Positions 36,018 to 50,059 of a stretch of DNA of 64,000 nt are shown piece by piece. The number at the start of each line of letters is the position of its first letter. Positions within the stretch are counted from its first letter, which is position 1. The DNA lies in assembly GCF_004010195.1 (NCBI RefSeq), contig NC_057719.1, forward strand, positions 80,116,709 through 80,180,708. Reading direction: 5' to 3'. The translations under genes were made by a program, and so were the position numbers. The DNA comes from Chiloscyllium plagiosum. Its lineage: Eukaryota. A model generated the notes under the pieces. It worked only from the letters and a program-made list of their open reading frames with translations. It searched no databases and was not told the DNA's origin.

Positions 36018-38049
36018 TTCCAACCCAAAGGTGTCCTGCTTGGAGTTTAGCCCAGATGAGTGGATGGGGAGGCTGTGGTGGTAGTGGTAATGCCACCGGG
36101 CTCACAATGCAAGGAGTGGGTAGACATTTTGACACATGGGTTCAAAGCCGACCACGCTGGTAGGCAGGATTTCAAACCCAACTAACTCATTCTACAGACC
36201 GAGTGTCGGAAAAGCCCAACTGGCTCACAAGTGTCCTTCAGGGGAGGAAATCTTGAACTCGGTTCAAGGGCAATACAGGATGTTTGTCAAAATCTGATTG
36301 CACTCACACCAAGAAACTATCCCGAAAATATTCCATAAACTCTTCATCTTGGCTCACTTTGCCCATCTGATTTTTCCAGTCAATTATGCAGATTAATATT
36401 CCATGATTCTCACCATACTTATCTAATAAGCTCCCATTATTTCTACCTTTACACTCCTACCATGTAGTTAATGTTCGAGGCCCTGTACACCACGGTACAC
36501 CACTGATGTTGTGCAGGTTGGGTGAACTGGCTATGCTAAATTGGCCATCGTGTCCAGGGATTGTGTAGGCCGGATGGGTCTTCGGAGAGTCGGCGTGGAC
36601 TCGATGGGCCGAATGGCCCTGCTTCCACGCTGTAGGGACTCTATCCCGCAAAAGAATGACCAGACAGAAAAATTCAGCAGCGTCCGTTAGACAGCAGATC
36701 ACCGCAGAGGTGAGCCAGCATCTGGTCTGGAACATCACCGATCCTGCCCACTGCCTTTCAAGTTCTCTCCAGAAACACACAGCTCCTTATTGAAGCTGGT
36801 CGCACTGCCTTCTTCAGCATTCTTTGCCGACATCGATTTCACAATCCCGATTCCCGTAAACCGAGTCCCAGCGACTTCCCCCTATTTTATTTGCAACTTC
36901 CTTGAGAAGTTCAAGATGTGGGCTGTTCCTGAATTCTGCAGCCAGTTGGTCTGAAGGGACTGTTCCAAATTCTGCACCGACAGGCCCCTGGCTGAGGGTT
37001 GCCCCAGACCACAAACCAGGGCCAAACTATTTCGTCAATCTGGGAAAAGTGTTGAGCAGGGGTGTGTGTGTGTGTGTAAAAATCTCTTTATTTTGTGTTA
37101 AGCCTGTCCAATCCCTTGCGACAGAGAGGGGTTCTAACAGCATTAAAACAGACAGAGGCAAAAGAGACACACACACACACACGGAGAGGAGAGACAGGCA
37201 CAGACAAACATGCTCATACAAAGACAACATGTCAGATAGAGGTTTTCTACCTCATCAAAAACTGTGTATATATTGTCTTTTAAAACATGTTCAGTCCTGA
37301 CTGCAAACTGATTTTGCACTAGTCTGAAACCATTTTCCTTTCCACATTAATCTGCCTTAAAAAGATTCATGCACAGCAACACATTGCAGTTAACACCCCA
37401 TCAGACAGTGGGAAAGACTCATCTCACACCATCTGTACAAAAACAACGCAGTGACTTGGAACCTCAGCCACCGTCACCTCAGCTTTATATATCTGTAACC
37501 TTATTAGCTGCAGGCTCTCTGACAATGGATCATTCTGTGCCAGTCGTTTAACAACTGGGGACACGAGGGCTGGGCTCGACAATGTGACCAGACCCCCTAT
37601 GGTTGTCATTTGGTGACCCTTGACCTGCAGCAGCAAGTGTATATGTCGATCAAATGGAGTACAGAGCACTGTCTGAGGCCAGTCACAGATGACCATCCCT
37701 TTGATTCTCTTCAGAGGATTGTGGGTGAGTGAAAGCTGATCACTCGAGTGAGTCATGTGGCAACAATTCGTCAGATATATGAAAGCAAACAAAAACTAGA
37801 AAGAAAACAGCACACAATACTATTCAAAAGAAACTCAGCAACAACAAAAAAAAACCCACAGGTTTTTGTAGCAAACTGGTTTAGCCACTCTCTGTCTCAG
37901 ACTAGGTGTCAACATCATCTCATGTTAAAAACAGCATCAAATGGATGGTTTCGGCCTACTTACAGACAGACAGACAGAGTACTTTTGTGGCCAATTGAAT
38001 GAACAAAATTCATCAGAGCAAAAACTGTGCTCGGTTATCATCGAATTCT

Positions 38050-38352
38050 TTACACTGTGGAAATGGGCTATTTGGCCCAACAAGTCCACATCAACCTTCC
38101 AAAGAGCCTCCCACCCACACCCATTTCCCCTGCCCTATTACTCTACATTTACCCCTAACTAATGCACCTAACTTACACATCCCTGAACACTATGGGCAAT
38201 TTAGCATGGCCAATTCACCTGACCTGCACATCTTTGGACTGTGGGAGGAAACCAGAGTATCTGGAGGAAACCCATGCAGATGAGTCATCCAAGGCTGGAA
38301 TCGAACCCAGGTCCCTGGCACTGAGGCAGCAGTGTGAACCACTGAGCCACCC
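38050..38352 (-). mobile_element. HE1-like V-SINE
   Basis: Reverse-complement match to the copy at 35674. Confidence 0.85.
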
Positions 38353-38594
38353 TTTGTTGATTGGATCAAAAAAGCTTTTCTCTCTTGACGTGTCTATCCA
38401 CCAGTAAAACATACTGAGCACTTCCCAGGAACAGAGTCAGGTACAAATCTGACAACACAAACTAGTGTTGAGAGTTTGGTACTGGAAAAGCACAGCAGGT
38501 CAGGCAGCATCCGAGGAGCAGGACAGTCAATGTTTCAGGCAAAGGCCCTTTATCAGGAATCAACAACTATTTCTTCTCCTCGGTCCTATGGAGT

Positions 38595-39200
38595 TATTGG
38601 TCAGTGAATGGAGTACAGGAGTTGGGAGGTCATGTGGCTGTGCAGGACATTAGTTAGGCCACTTTTAGAATACTATGTGCAATTCTGGTCTCTTTGCTGT
38701 AGGAAAAATATTGTGAAAGGGTTCAGAAAAGATTTACAAAGGATGTGGCCAGGGTTGGAGCATTTGAGCTATAGGGAAGAGGTTGAATAGGCTGGGGCTG
38801 TTTTCCCTGGGGCGTCAGACGTTGAGAAGAGATCTTATAAAGTTTTATAAAATCATGAGGGGCATGGATAGGGTGATTGGCCAAGGTGTTTTCCCCAGAG
38901 TGGGAGAGTCCAAAACTAGAACGCATAGGTTTAAGGTGAAAGAAGAAAGAGTTGAAAGTGGTCTAAGGGGAAACTTCTTTATGCAGAGGGTGGTGCATGA
39001 ATGGAATGAGGCTGCCAGAGGAAATGATGGAGGCTGGTACAATCACAACATTTAAAAGGCATCTGGATGGGCACATCGATAGGAAGGGTTTCAAGGGATA
39101 TGGGTCAAATGCTGGCCAATGGGACCAGGTTGATTGGGGATATCTGGTCAGCATGGACAAGTTGGACTGAAGGGTGTGTTTCGGTACTGAAGGATTCTAT
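38595..39200 (+). mobile_element. CR1 LINE 3' fragment
   Basis: EYRSWEVM..RTLVRPLLEYYVQFWS..LGLFSL..DLIKFYKIMRG. Confidence 0.9.
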
Positions 39201-40199
39201 AACTGGCCAGAAGGTTAAGAGTGGTGAATCAAAGAGGAATTAGGAAGGAAACTTTAAATTTGAGAGCCTATTTCAACGAAGGAATGACCACCATTCATAA
39301 AAATCACTCACAAAGGCACATAGCTCTGAGATTTATGGCTACAGTAAGGATGTACAGGCAGTGGAAGAAGGATTTACAAGGAGAGTGCAATTAGAGGGAG
39401 GATGTTGTGATCAGCAATGATGGAACTGTCTGGGAAGATAAATGAGGGAGCAGTGACTCAGCAGCAATGTTTAAAAGAGATCAAATCGGGGGCGGGGGAA
39501 GGAAATGTGTGGAAGACGTTTCCAACTGTGGGAAAATCCTGAATTTGAGGCTGTAGATCTAAAGTTAGTCATTGATGAATCCCAAGGAGGAACTCAGGAG
39601 AAACGCATTCACACAGACTTGTTAGAATGTGGAAACTCATCACCATAGAGTGGCTGGGGGGAATAGTGTAGCTACATTACCTTTAAATTGAATTACTTAG
39701 AATTTACAGGCCATTGAGGTCAAATCAGCTAAATCTGGCTCTTCTGTCGCACTCAAGGGTCCTCACACACACCGAACCTTGGTGTTCCTTTCTGTTTCAT
39801 GTTTATCTGACTTCCCTGGAATGATCCTCTGACAGTCAGCTCAGTGTCTCCACGCAGTGAGGGGATTAAACTCTAATTACAAACAAGGCCTTGCGTGAAG
39901 TGAAGCCAGAATGGACTTGGATTTTCGTCACCATGGTAGCGATTTTCTGCAATTCTTTCTTGGGTTGTGTGCAATATTTATGGCCCAGCCACAGCTGCTC
40001 TTACAATGTGGTTAAGAAACACTGCAGACAGAATGCTCCCAACACTGCATTAACTTCTTAAAAGATCATCTTTTTCCACTCATGCATTAGCTGTTCATAT
40101 TGTCTGTACCATCACCACATCCTCATCTGGAACAACACAGATTAAAAAACAAGGCCCCAGTTGGATATTTGCATGCCTCAAATGGACTATATTGATGTG

Positions 40200-41090
40200 T
40201 TCTGGATCAGTGGTGCTGGAAGAGCACAGCAATTCAGGCAGCATCCGACGAGCAGCAAAAATCGACATTTCGGGCAAAAGCCCTTCATCAGGAATAAAGG
40301 CAGAGAGCCTGAAGCGTGGAGAGATAAGCTAGAGGAGGGTGGGGGTGGGGAGAAAGTGGCATAGAGTACAATAGGTGAGTGGGGGAGGAGATGAAGGTCA
40401 GGGTCCCAAGGCAGAATATGAGAGGTTCCTCCTCCAGTTGTCGGGTGATAAGGATTTGGCGGTGGAAGAGGCCCAGGACCAGCATGTCCTTGACGGAGTG
40501 GGAAGGGGAGTTGAAGTGTTCAGTCACGGTGCAATGGGGTTGATGGGTATCCCAGAAATGTTCTCTGAAACAATCCGCAAGAAGGCATCCTGTCTCTCCT
40601 GTTTACCTGCACCTCTCCCAGATGACATTGGGAGAGGTGCAGGTAAATTTCTGATGGATGTGGAAGGATCCCTTGAGGCCTTGGAGGTGAGGGGAGTGGT
40701 TTGGGCGCAAGTTTTGCACTTCCTGCGGTGGCAGGGGAAGGTGCCAGGACGGGAGGGTGGGTTGTAGGGAGGCGTGGACCTGACCAGGTAGTCACGGAGG
40801 GAACGGTCTTTGCGGAAGGCGGAAAGGGGTGGGGAGGGAAATATATCCCTGGTGGTGGGGTCTGTTTGGAGGTGGCGGAAATGTTGGCGGATGATTTGGT
40901 TTATGCGGAGGTTTGTAGGATGGAAGGTGAGCACCAGGGGAGTTCTGTCCTTGTTACGGTCGGAGGGGTGGGGTCTGAGGGCGGAGGTGCAGGATGTGGA
41001 CGAGATGCGTCGGAGGGCATCTTTAACCACGTGGGAAGGGAAATTGTGGTCTCTAAAGAAGGAAGCCATCTGGTGTGTTCTATGGTGGAA
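40200..41090 (-). mobile_element. Penelope-like element, 5'-truncated and internally deleted (RT C-terminus, linker, GIY-YIG remnant, hammerhead-bearing tail)
   Basis: Peptides RTPLVLTFHPTN...IFPSPPLSAFRKDRSLRDYLVRS...PCHRRKCKTC and HFNSPSHS...RQLEEEPLIFCLGTL are typical of PLE ORFs. Hammerhead core at 40264-40291. Confidence 0.85.
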
Positions 41091-41456
41091 CTATGATGTG
41101 TTAGTGAAGGACCACAGTTTCCTGCCAACACCCAACCCGATGACTTTTGAAAAACATTGCAGACACCTGTAATTTCTCAAAAGGCCCAAACATTGCACAG
41201 ATTCTATCTCCACTCCCACTCACCCCATTTTATCATCGGGCAGTTCCGTTCTCTCTTTCATCAACAATCTGCATTTAATCAAGCACCCTTTAAAACATAG
41301 CAAAACAGCCCAAGCTGCTTCACAGGTCAAGGTAAACATTTGACACTAAATCACAAAAGGAGAGACGGTCAGACACTATGTCAAAGTCCAAGCCTTTCAA
41401 ACAAAAACAGAGTGCCTTCCTAAGAGTAGAGGCAGAGGCAGAGACAAGCAAGAGAG

Positions 41457-41782
41457 GGCGACATGGTGACTCAGTGGTTAGCACTGCTGTCTCAGTCCAG
41501 GGGCCCGGGTTCGATTCCAGCTTCGGGCAAATGTCTGTGTGGAGTTTGCACATCCTCCCAGTGTCTGTGTGGGTTTCCTCTGGGTGCTCCGGTTTCCTCC
41601 CACAAATCGAAGATGTGCAGGTTAGGTGAATTGGTCATAGGTGTTCAGGGATGTGTAGGTTAGGTGCATTAGTCAGGGGTAAATATAGGATAATAGGATA
41701 GAGGAATGCATCTGGGTGGGTTACTCTTCAGAGGGTCAGTGTGGCCTTGTTGGACCGAAGGGCCTGTTTCCACACTGTAGGG
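41457..41782 (+). mobile_element. HE1-like V-SINE
   Basis: Head, V-domain and tail as in the other copies. Confidence 0.88.
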
Positions 41783-42564
41783 TGTGAGTGAGAGTGTGAG
41801 TGTGAGAGAGCACGATTGGGGAGGAAAGGGGGTGTGAAATGTCAAAGCTGGGAGTGAAGGTTGCTGAAGTGCTGACTACCAATTGCAGGGCGAGGGAAAA
41901 CTGGCCGTGCAAAGAAATGCCAGATTTGGAGGACCACAGAAATGTCAGAAGGATTGTCGAGCTGTAGACATAGGGATAACATCAGGCAGAGATGTTTGAA
42001 GAAGTGAATGAACATTCCAAAAGGGAGTTAGCGACAGAGCAGTAGATGGGTGAGCAAAGAGGGCTCATTCAGTTAGGATCAAGGTAAGTGAGATCAACTG
42101 ACTTCTGATTTAGGGACAAAAGGAGATGTCAATTTCCAATGCATTGGAAAAGTCAAGTCAAGAGGCAACAAAAGCCTGGATGAGGGTCTCAGAGCCATAC
42201 AGTTGAAGTAGCAGAGACAAGGTTACAAGTATTCCATTTTGGTAATCCAAAGAGATTGTTGCTTTTTTTTTTCCCAAAAATGTCAGGGACAGGAAACTTT
42301 ATGCTCCAGCCTTATTAAAGAATGACAGGCATGCAGACCTTGACAAACACAATGGTTGCTAACTACTCAATGAGGTTTTGTTTTCCTGGAATTTAAAATG
42401 TATTCAGGAAACTCGATTTGTTTTACTCTGTGCTGCTCTGTCATGTGGAGAGACTGGAGCAGCTGGGATTGTTCTCCTTGGACCAGTGGAGGACATGGGA
42501 GACTGAACAGAAGTGTTCAAATTGTAAGGAGTTTTGCAGGAGTCGATATAGAGAAACTAGCACC

Positions 42565-42849
42565 GACACGGTGGCTCAGTGGTTAGCACTGCTGCCTCGG
42601 AATACCAAGGACCTGGGTTCGTTTCCAGGCTCAGGCTGATGTCTGTGTGGAGTTAGCACATTCTCCCCATGTCTGCGTGGGTTTTCTCCAGATGCTCCCC
42701 TTTCTTTCCGCACTCCAAAGATGTGCAGATTAGGTGGATTGACCATGGGAAATGCAGGATGTAGGGGGGTTGGGTTTGGGCGGGATACTCTATGGAAGGC
42801 TTGTATGGACTGAGTAGCCTCCTTCCACACTGTAGGGATTCTATGATTC
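42565..42849 (+). mobile_element. HE1-like V-SINE inserted in an older CR1 fragment
   Basis: cacggtggctcagtggttagcactgctgcctc..ccacactgtagggattctatg. Confidence 0.85.
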
Positions 42850-43889
42850 ATTTCCAATGGCAAGATGATTTGCAACCAGAGGAAACACATTTAAGATAAT
42901 TGGCAAAGGAGAAAGAAAGGTTACATTTAACAATAAGTTATAATAATTTGGATTGCACTGCCTAAAAGAGTAGTGGATGCACATTCAAGAGTAATATTTG
43001 AAAAAAAAAAGGGGGCTTGATATATATTTGAAAAAGGAGAGGTTTGGACAGTTCCAGGAGAACAGCAGATGGAACAAGGGGAAAGTGGGCTGACAGGCCT
43101 CCCTCAGTGCTATATGGTTCAACTGTTTGAAACAAATCTGTAAATGTCTGCACCAAAGACTGCGCAGTAGACATAGAAAATAACCTCAACAGGAAAAGGG
43201 CACTGGGTCACATGATACACACTGTCACTTCATTCAGACGTTCATCAGGTAGATTTTACAACCCGATTCATCAGCTTTCAACACCTTGCACAGTGAGGCT
43301 TTTTAACAACTCCATCATTCTCGAACCTTCCTTTCTCTTCTCACTTATGTTGGTGTTGCCTGGCCCTGCAGTTTTATCAGAGCCAAACTCCATTTAGTGT
43401 TTTGCAGTGAGATTACCTATCTCCAATCAAAATGAAAATAAAACTAAAATAGAGGTACAACAATCTTCCACCTTGTACAACACGGGTAGCATTTACCAAG
43501 GGCAGGGCTCAGAATTCAACTCAAAGGCAGAACGCCCCAAATAAAACGTACGCAATGATTCTGCAAACTGAATGACAAAAAAGCATTTGCCAATCAATAG
43601 GTAGTAAACATAGAAAATATTGGTTCACTTAATCAAGGAGTAGAAAAATTCATTCTAATTATTGACTCATTTGGTCAACGGGAAGCCATTGTCACATTTG
43701 AGAGAGGGTACAACTCTCGGCAGAGGTACCTGCATGTCCCTTTAGAGTTCCCGTTTTCTCAATCGGGAATGCACAACGTGCTTCAAGTGGCCAAGTGCCT
43801 CAGTTTGTGCTACTGCCACGTTGCAGTAACAATTGGTGCCAGGTAGTGGATTTAGCCCACTCCAGGAATTTAAGCACCTGATCCTTGCT

Positions 43890-44290
43890 AACACGCCCGG
43901 TGCAGTGCTCAGGGAGTTGTGCAGGTTGTCATTTAGGAGAGCTGTTTAAACACAGCCTGCCCTTTCAGACCACAGTGCTATTTTGTACAAGACCAATGGA
44001 ACCTTGGCCAAATTCACCAACACTGAATCATAACTAAGCACTACCGCAGTTAGACGGTAGTGTGGGGGTTTAAAAAAAACAAAAAAAACAAACAGTGTAA
44101 AGAAAAGAAAATAAAACACCGAATCATCGTGCGGTTACCACCATTTGTGGGAGCTTGCTGTGCCAAAATTGGCCGCTACTTTTTTCCGACATCACAACAG
44201 TGATAGCATTTGAAATGCATTCCATTTGTCGTCCCGCACTTCACACAGTGTCATAAGGTTGCAAAAGGTGCCTAATGCTCGTCTTTGATT
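43890..44290 (+). mobile_element. Decayed Deu-SINE; further copies at about 16170-16300(+), 19185-19335(-), 34790-35000(-), 47390-47810(-), 51440-51700(+), 53570-54030(+), 56005-56170 plus 56805-56865(+) and 59030-59270(+)
   Basis: Shared block ttgtgggagcttgctgtgc..aaattggc and Deu-domain motifs as at 4420-4830. Confidence 0.6.
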
Positions 44291-44599
44291 TATTTGTAAA
44301 CACTCTCCGACCACTGCCTACAGTAGATGTTGCACGGAGTATTTTCTCAGCTTGATCCAGAGCTCCTCTCACACCAAACTCTTTTCCCAGTTGGATATTT
44401 GCCCAGCAAGGGTTAACTGATGCAGCACCAACTACAAGCCAGTAAAAACCAAATCGCTCTCAAACTATAATGAAAGTATGTGGAACAATAAACACTTTCC
44501 TGAGGCTGCCAACTATCCAGGAAGGCAAATTAATTCCCTGGGCGCTCATGAGCAGTGTAGAACGGGCATTTTGTAAGAGAGGATTTGTTAATTACAATC

Positions 44600-44725
44600 T
44601 GACACTGAAACCTTGTGCTATAAATTCTGTGTCTTATGGTCTTTTTCTCCACAATCACCTGATGAAGGTGCAGTGCTCTGAAAGCCTGTTGGACTATAAC
44701 CTGGTGTTGTGATTTTTAACTTTGT
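44600..44725 (+). mobile_element. Decayed family B terminus; another copy at about 45620-45750
   Basis: cacctgatgaaggtgcagtgctctgaaagc..ctgttggactataacctggtgttgtgatttttaactttgt. Confidence 0.65.
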
Positions 44726-45394
44726 TAATTATAAAAAGTATTGTCAATGGCAGGGCAAAATGACTGCCAATGGAATAATGAGGAGCCACCCCCCCTCCCC
44801 ACGCCCCAATGTGTTGATTTCCTTGCGTGGTGTAAGAATGGATGTGTCAGCTGAATGTTAGGGACCAGTGTGGGGAAGCTGATCAGGAAACATTCATCCA
44901 GAGTTGACACTCCAGCATGACAGGTCGGCTTTACTACCAAACTCACTGGGCTCAGTAAGTATTAAGAAAAAGCCGGAAGCCTCTTGTTTGCCCTATAAGC
45001 ATCATGACAAGGGAGAAGGCAGAACCCTCGCACAGAAGGCCTGATGCACTGTTTGTGTGAAGACAGGCAGCAATGTAAGACACCAGCAAGGACAACGGGG
45101 ATCGATGGTGCAACTCACCTCCTCGCTACGGCAATCAGGCCCCAACCTCTGAAGTAAATTCCAGGTTGGCAGGGCAGCTGGAATCTTGGCATGGCCAGGG
45201 CAGCTTGCTGGTGGGCGTGGGGGATGGGAGAGGGTGAATGTTAACAAGTCGACACCCCTTCCCCTGTTGCCAATCCTCGGAACTGTGAAAACGGCCTGGT
45301 GGTTGAAGGTATGTGTAAGCGAGTACAGGGCTGTCTGAAATACTCGGTGGTGCCGTGTGCACAGCAAACGAGTCTTCACAGAAGTTTCTTCTTG

Positions 45395-46303
45395 GCTCAT
45401 ATCCCTCCAAACCCTTCCGATTCATATAGCCATCCAGATGCCTTTTAAAATGTTGTAATTGTACCTGCCTCCACCACTTCCTCTAGCAGCTCATTCCGTA
45501 CATACACCACCCTCTGAATGAAAAGGTTGACCCCTAGATCTCCTTTTAAATCTTTCCCCTTTCACCTTTAACCTATGCCCTGTCGGTCTGGACTCCCCCA
45601 ACCCAGGGAACACCCCAGCCCACAACCACTTCACGAAGGAGCAGCGTTCTAAAAGCTAATGATTCCAAATTAACCTGTGGGACTATAACCTGGGGTTATG
45701 TGATTTTTAAACTTTGCCCACACCACTCCAACACCAGCTCCTCCACATCATGGCCAAGCCTGCTGCAGGCCATCCCAACTCCCTCTGGAGCACCCAGCCA
45801 CAGTTATCCCGCCCAGAGGCTGAAGGAGAGACCGAGGTATATCCTGAACCATGGCCTCCTTATACAGTAGCCAGTCACCTCAGGGAGAAGAGCTTGTGGC
45901 AAAGACAGCCTAAAGTCAAAATGGTCTTTGCCATTTGTTGTTGGAGCACACTAACAACACATTGGCAGAGCTGAATAGGCTGAGGCTGTTTTCCCTGGAG
46001 CGTCGGAGGGTGACCTTAGAGGTTTAGAAAATCATGAGGGGCATGGACAGAATAAATAGACAAAGTCTTTTCCCTGGGGTCGGGGAGTCTAGAACTAGAG
46101 GGCATAGGTTTAGGGTGAGAGGGGAAAGATATAAAAGAGACAGCTGCCAGAGGATGTGGTGGAGGCTAGTACAGTTGCAACATTTAAAAGGCATCTGGAT
46201 GGGTATAGGAATAGGAAGGGTTTGGAGGGATGTGAGCTGGGTGGGGATATCTGGTCGGCATGGACGAGTAGGACTGAAGGGTCTGTTTCCATGCTGTACA
46301 TCT
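45395..46303. mobile_element. Two oppositely oriented CR1 fragments (45395-45605 minus, 45970-46303 plus)
   Basis: Each matches the CR1 3' region seen at 14240-14912. Confidence 0.85.
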
Positions 46304-47171
46304 GTAGGGCTCTTTGTCTCACAAAAAGTCAACATTGAAAGCATTGGGAGGGAACCGTGTTCAAGAGGGGAGATTCTGCCAATATAAAAGTGAAGTGATA
46401 CTGGATATACTTTGGCATTCGTCCAGCTATTTGTTTCCGCATGTGGCCTTTCCAAGAGGAAGAGATGTTGGGACTTGAGGCAGCTCTGCGGATTTTGCTG
46501 TTTCTTGAAAGGGTAGCAGACCCAGTTTTGATGTGTGACCTCAGATTTTGCCGCCCTTGGACTTTTTAAGCCCTGTGCTGACATTCACCTTCAACTCCCC
46601 GGGACTCCCCAGTTAATGGGCACGCATCTCCCTCCTCCTCTCCCACAACGTACGCTCACATTCGGGCCAAATCCCTGAGTGGGGCAGGAGGGCACTCCGA
46701 TACAGTGCTCAAATGGGATGTGCACCTCAACATGCCCTGTCCCCCACCCCCATGCAGGTTGGCACATCCTCAACACAGTCCACTACATCCCCCAGGTAAG
46801 CACACCCCGTACACACAGTCCACCTCAACACTGATTCACATTGGCCAACAAACATTCTGACAGTTCCCTACAATTATTCCCCCCGTCAACAACCCTAAAA
46901 TGTTCTGGATGACAAGAGTTGCTTAAAGTCAGCTAAGCCAATTTGGTTCGTGTGACAACTGTAGAATCCAGTTTGGCCCAACGACGTTTTCCAGGTACAC
47001 CACATCAACTGCATTAACCTCATCAACCCTGTCTGATATTGCCTTGAAAAAACACAAATAAAATGTACAATGTAAATACACATTCCTGTTTTCAATCCAC
47101 TGTCACACGTATTGGAAGAGACTCAGAAATGACTGCTTGGCACCAAATGATGATGGGATCTGAAGACTTAC

Positions 47172-47274
47172 CAGTTGATGCTAATCCTTTGGAGATGCAA
47201 GTGAGGAAGACCAGCAGAAGCAATGTGACTTGGTGTGGTCTGTGGCTCTTCTGCCCCACCATCAAATTGCACAT
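47172..47274 (-). CDS. SUSD6: SUSD6 first coding exon (exon 2): start codon and signal peptide MCNLMVGQKSHRPHQVTLLLLVFLTCISKGLAST. The whole exon is probably 47172-47317.
   Basis: ATG at 47274 (AAAATGT), hydrophobic core LLLLVFLTC, donor ACTG|GTAAGT in phase 1, upstream acceptor ttttctttcttcctggcgcag. Resembles the human SUSD6 N-terminus as recalled (MCHG...GLAS). Its phase matches the sushi exon. Confidence 0.88.
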
Positions 47275-49058
47275 TTTTCAGCCCAATTATCTGAGGCGAG
47301 TCTCCAGAAGTTTCAAACTGCGCCAGGAAGAAAGAAAACAGAAAAGTTTTAAATATACCAGTTAAGTTCAAAACAAAAAAAAAGGAAGAAAATGTAAACT
47401 TTCCAAGACTGTGGAATGTCCCAAAGTCAGATCAACTACTCATGAAGTGTCGTCACTGCTATAAAGCCAAAAACACAGCAACCTATGAGCGGACAGAAAA
47501 CTTTTCATATAGCCACACAATGATTAGATGATCTGCTTTAAATCTTTTATTCCTTGTGTCATAAATATTGGCCAAATCTCTGTAGTCTTTCCACAAAATA
47601 ATGCCTGGGATTCTTAATGTCCACCTGAGAGAGTAGACAGACCCTCAGTTTAGTTGAAAGACAGCACCTCCAAAAAAAAACAATGCAACCCTTGCCCAGA
47701 ATTGCTTTAGTAGCTCAGCTATATTAAATGCTGAAGTGCCTGGCGTGGCACCTGAATCCAGGCCTCCCTCGATTCAGCAGCGAGAGTGCGCTACCACTAA
47801 GCTACAGCTGCCTCAAATAGCCACAGTCACTGATTTCGACAGTCACTTTGTGCAGGACTCATGGAGCTACAGTGAATGATTATTCAAACATCATGCAGCT
47901 GAATTACCAAAAAAGCAGCAAGCTGCATTAACATCACAGCTCCAAGGTTCTCTCAAGCCTGGACAACTTCAATCTATTCCCGGTCAGCCGGGAATGTGAA
48001 TCTTTCACTTTTCATAAGATGGAGCTCATATAAAACCATATTTGTACCTGTACCAAGTCCTACTTGACCATTACCTCTCAGTGCCCTTCCTTGGCTCCCA
48101 GTCCCGAAATACCTTCACATAAAGTTCGTACTCTCATTCAAACGCACCCACAAACACATGCGTCCATACCGCTGTAACCTCCTTCAGTCCAGTGCTCATG
48201 GTCTCTTGTTCACCCCATCTCCTTGGTCTCAGTGCTGGCTACTGTCCCTCCAACTGCTTAGATCCTAAGCTCTGCAATTCCTCTCTAAACCTCTGCTGGG
48301 GAGGAAGTTGCAGATGCAGTGTGCCATGGAAGGAGGGCAAAGAGAAGAGGGCATATGGAAATTGTGTCAGAAATCAGAGTCTACTTGGAGGGAAGACGTG
48401 CAGAAGGAATTTGTCCAATGAAAGTGCACGGCTCAACCCTTTAAACAGGAGGACAGAGAACTAGACAGACATTGTTAAATTTTATGAATACTAAAGGACA
48501 CATCTGACAGCTGGGTAAGACTTGGTTTTGTAGGGGACTCAGTTGAATGCTGCGAAGAATGAAGGGGATGGAATAAAAACAGAAGATGCTGGAAACGCTC
48601 AGCTACTTCTGTGGAGGAAGAAACAATTAGCATGTCAATTTGAGACATTTCACCAGAACTGGTGAGAGCTGGAAGCTAAAGATATGGCAGGGAAAGACTT
48701 CTAGGAGGGTGGGGAAAGAAGGAAAAGAACGAGTCCACAATAGTTATAAAGGGAAGACTCATTAAATGAGAAGGAAGGATGATAATGGGACAAGAAATTA
48801 AAGTTTAGGATAGGACGTTGTTAAGAAGGACTCTACAAGTATCAAGAAAGGGCCATAGGCTGTTTGTTTGCGATAAGGGTGGGTGATTTTGCAGAGGCAA
48901 CAAGGGACTCACTCTGTTCTGAGAGTCTAAGACTCACTTCCTGTTATCTCCTATATGTTGATAGCCCCACCCACAAATTCATTGCTGCCCTCTGAGACAA
49001 ACTCACATAACAGCGGAATGAATATAACTGTTAGAATGGAGTTTGTGAAGGGCATACT

Positions 49059-49389
49059 TAGGATCACCAACCCTCCAGAATTGTGCTGGAGTCTGTAAAA
49101 GTGAAAGCTGAACTTTTCATGCTGCAAAAATTAGGAGTCATTTTCTTTTAAAAAAAAATGACTTCACTTCCTTTGAATGTTTTTTTTTAAAGTTATAAAA
49201 AAAATTGAAGATTAGTAAAACAAAAAAAAAAATGGCCAAATTAACACACAGTCTGCTCAATCTTCCAATGGGAAAGCAGGCTGCGGTTCAGATGAATGTT
49301 TGGCAGGAAAGCAGGGCTGGGGATGATTGGAGACAGGAGGCCATGTGATAAAGTCTCCAGGAATGAATCATCCAGGCCTGATAGCCCTA
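49059..49389. mobile_element. Old hAT-like non-autonomous element
   Basis: Degenerate TAGGG-type termini (taggatcaccaaccctccag / cctgatagcccta) and internal ctggagtct / agtctccag inverted motifs. Confidence 0.35.
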
Positions 49390-50059
49390 TTGTCCCTTAG
49401 CTCACAGGTATTTACATTCTAGAATCCAGCAAGATCACAGACAGGAACAACAAAGTTAACCAACCTTACATCTCATTCATTACCACAGAAAATGAAAAAA
49501 AACTAAAGTATTTATGTCTCTGAAAAGATCCTGTTGGTACGGTGATAGCAACAATTGAGGATACGTTGAAATTACGGAGTTTATACAGCACCATTTATAA
49601 CTGACTCCATTGTAGAAAGTACAACATTGACTATCATGCTTCCTACATTACAGCATAGTCAATTCTCAATGTGAGAATTATGAGATTCTCTATTTTTAGT
49701 AATGGTCATTGAAGGGTAATATTGGCCAAACCATTGAGAACCACCCACTCCTCAAAAAGCATTATAAAGATTTTTCAATTTACCATTTCAGCCTAAAGTC
49801 AGCAGCTCTGGCTAGGGAGAAACGCAGCACGTGTCTGAACACTGGGCTCCAGGGCCCGGACTGGCACTTGAGTTCCACGCTAATGTAGGGCAAGTGAATG
49901 CAGATCTACACCAGGCTGCAAAATGACTCAATGCCCATATAACAACACTTTGCCAATTGTTGGGAGTCACAGGAACACTACCTGATTTCCTGTGCCCGGG
50001 CCAATCGGTGGTAAGCTCAGGACCCGACCATTAATCCACATACCCAGGTTAATGTGGAG

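Noticed and set aside
13343..47171. p53 response element (mammalian SUSD6/DRAGO is p53-responsive)
   Set aside because: Only isolated half-sites were seen by eye (for example AGACATGCTT near 26542); no adjacent pair was confirmed. A PWM scan would be needed.
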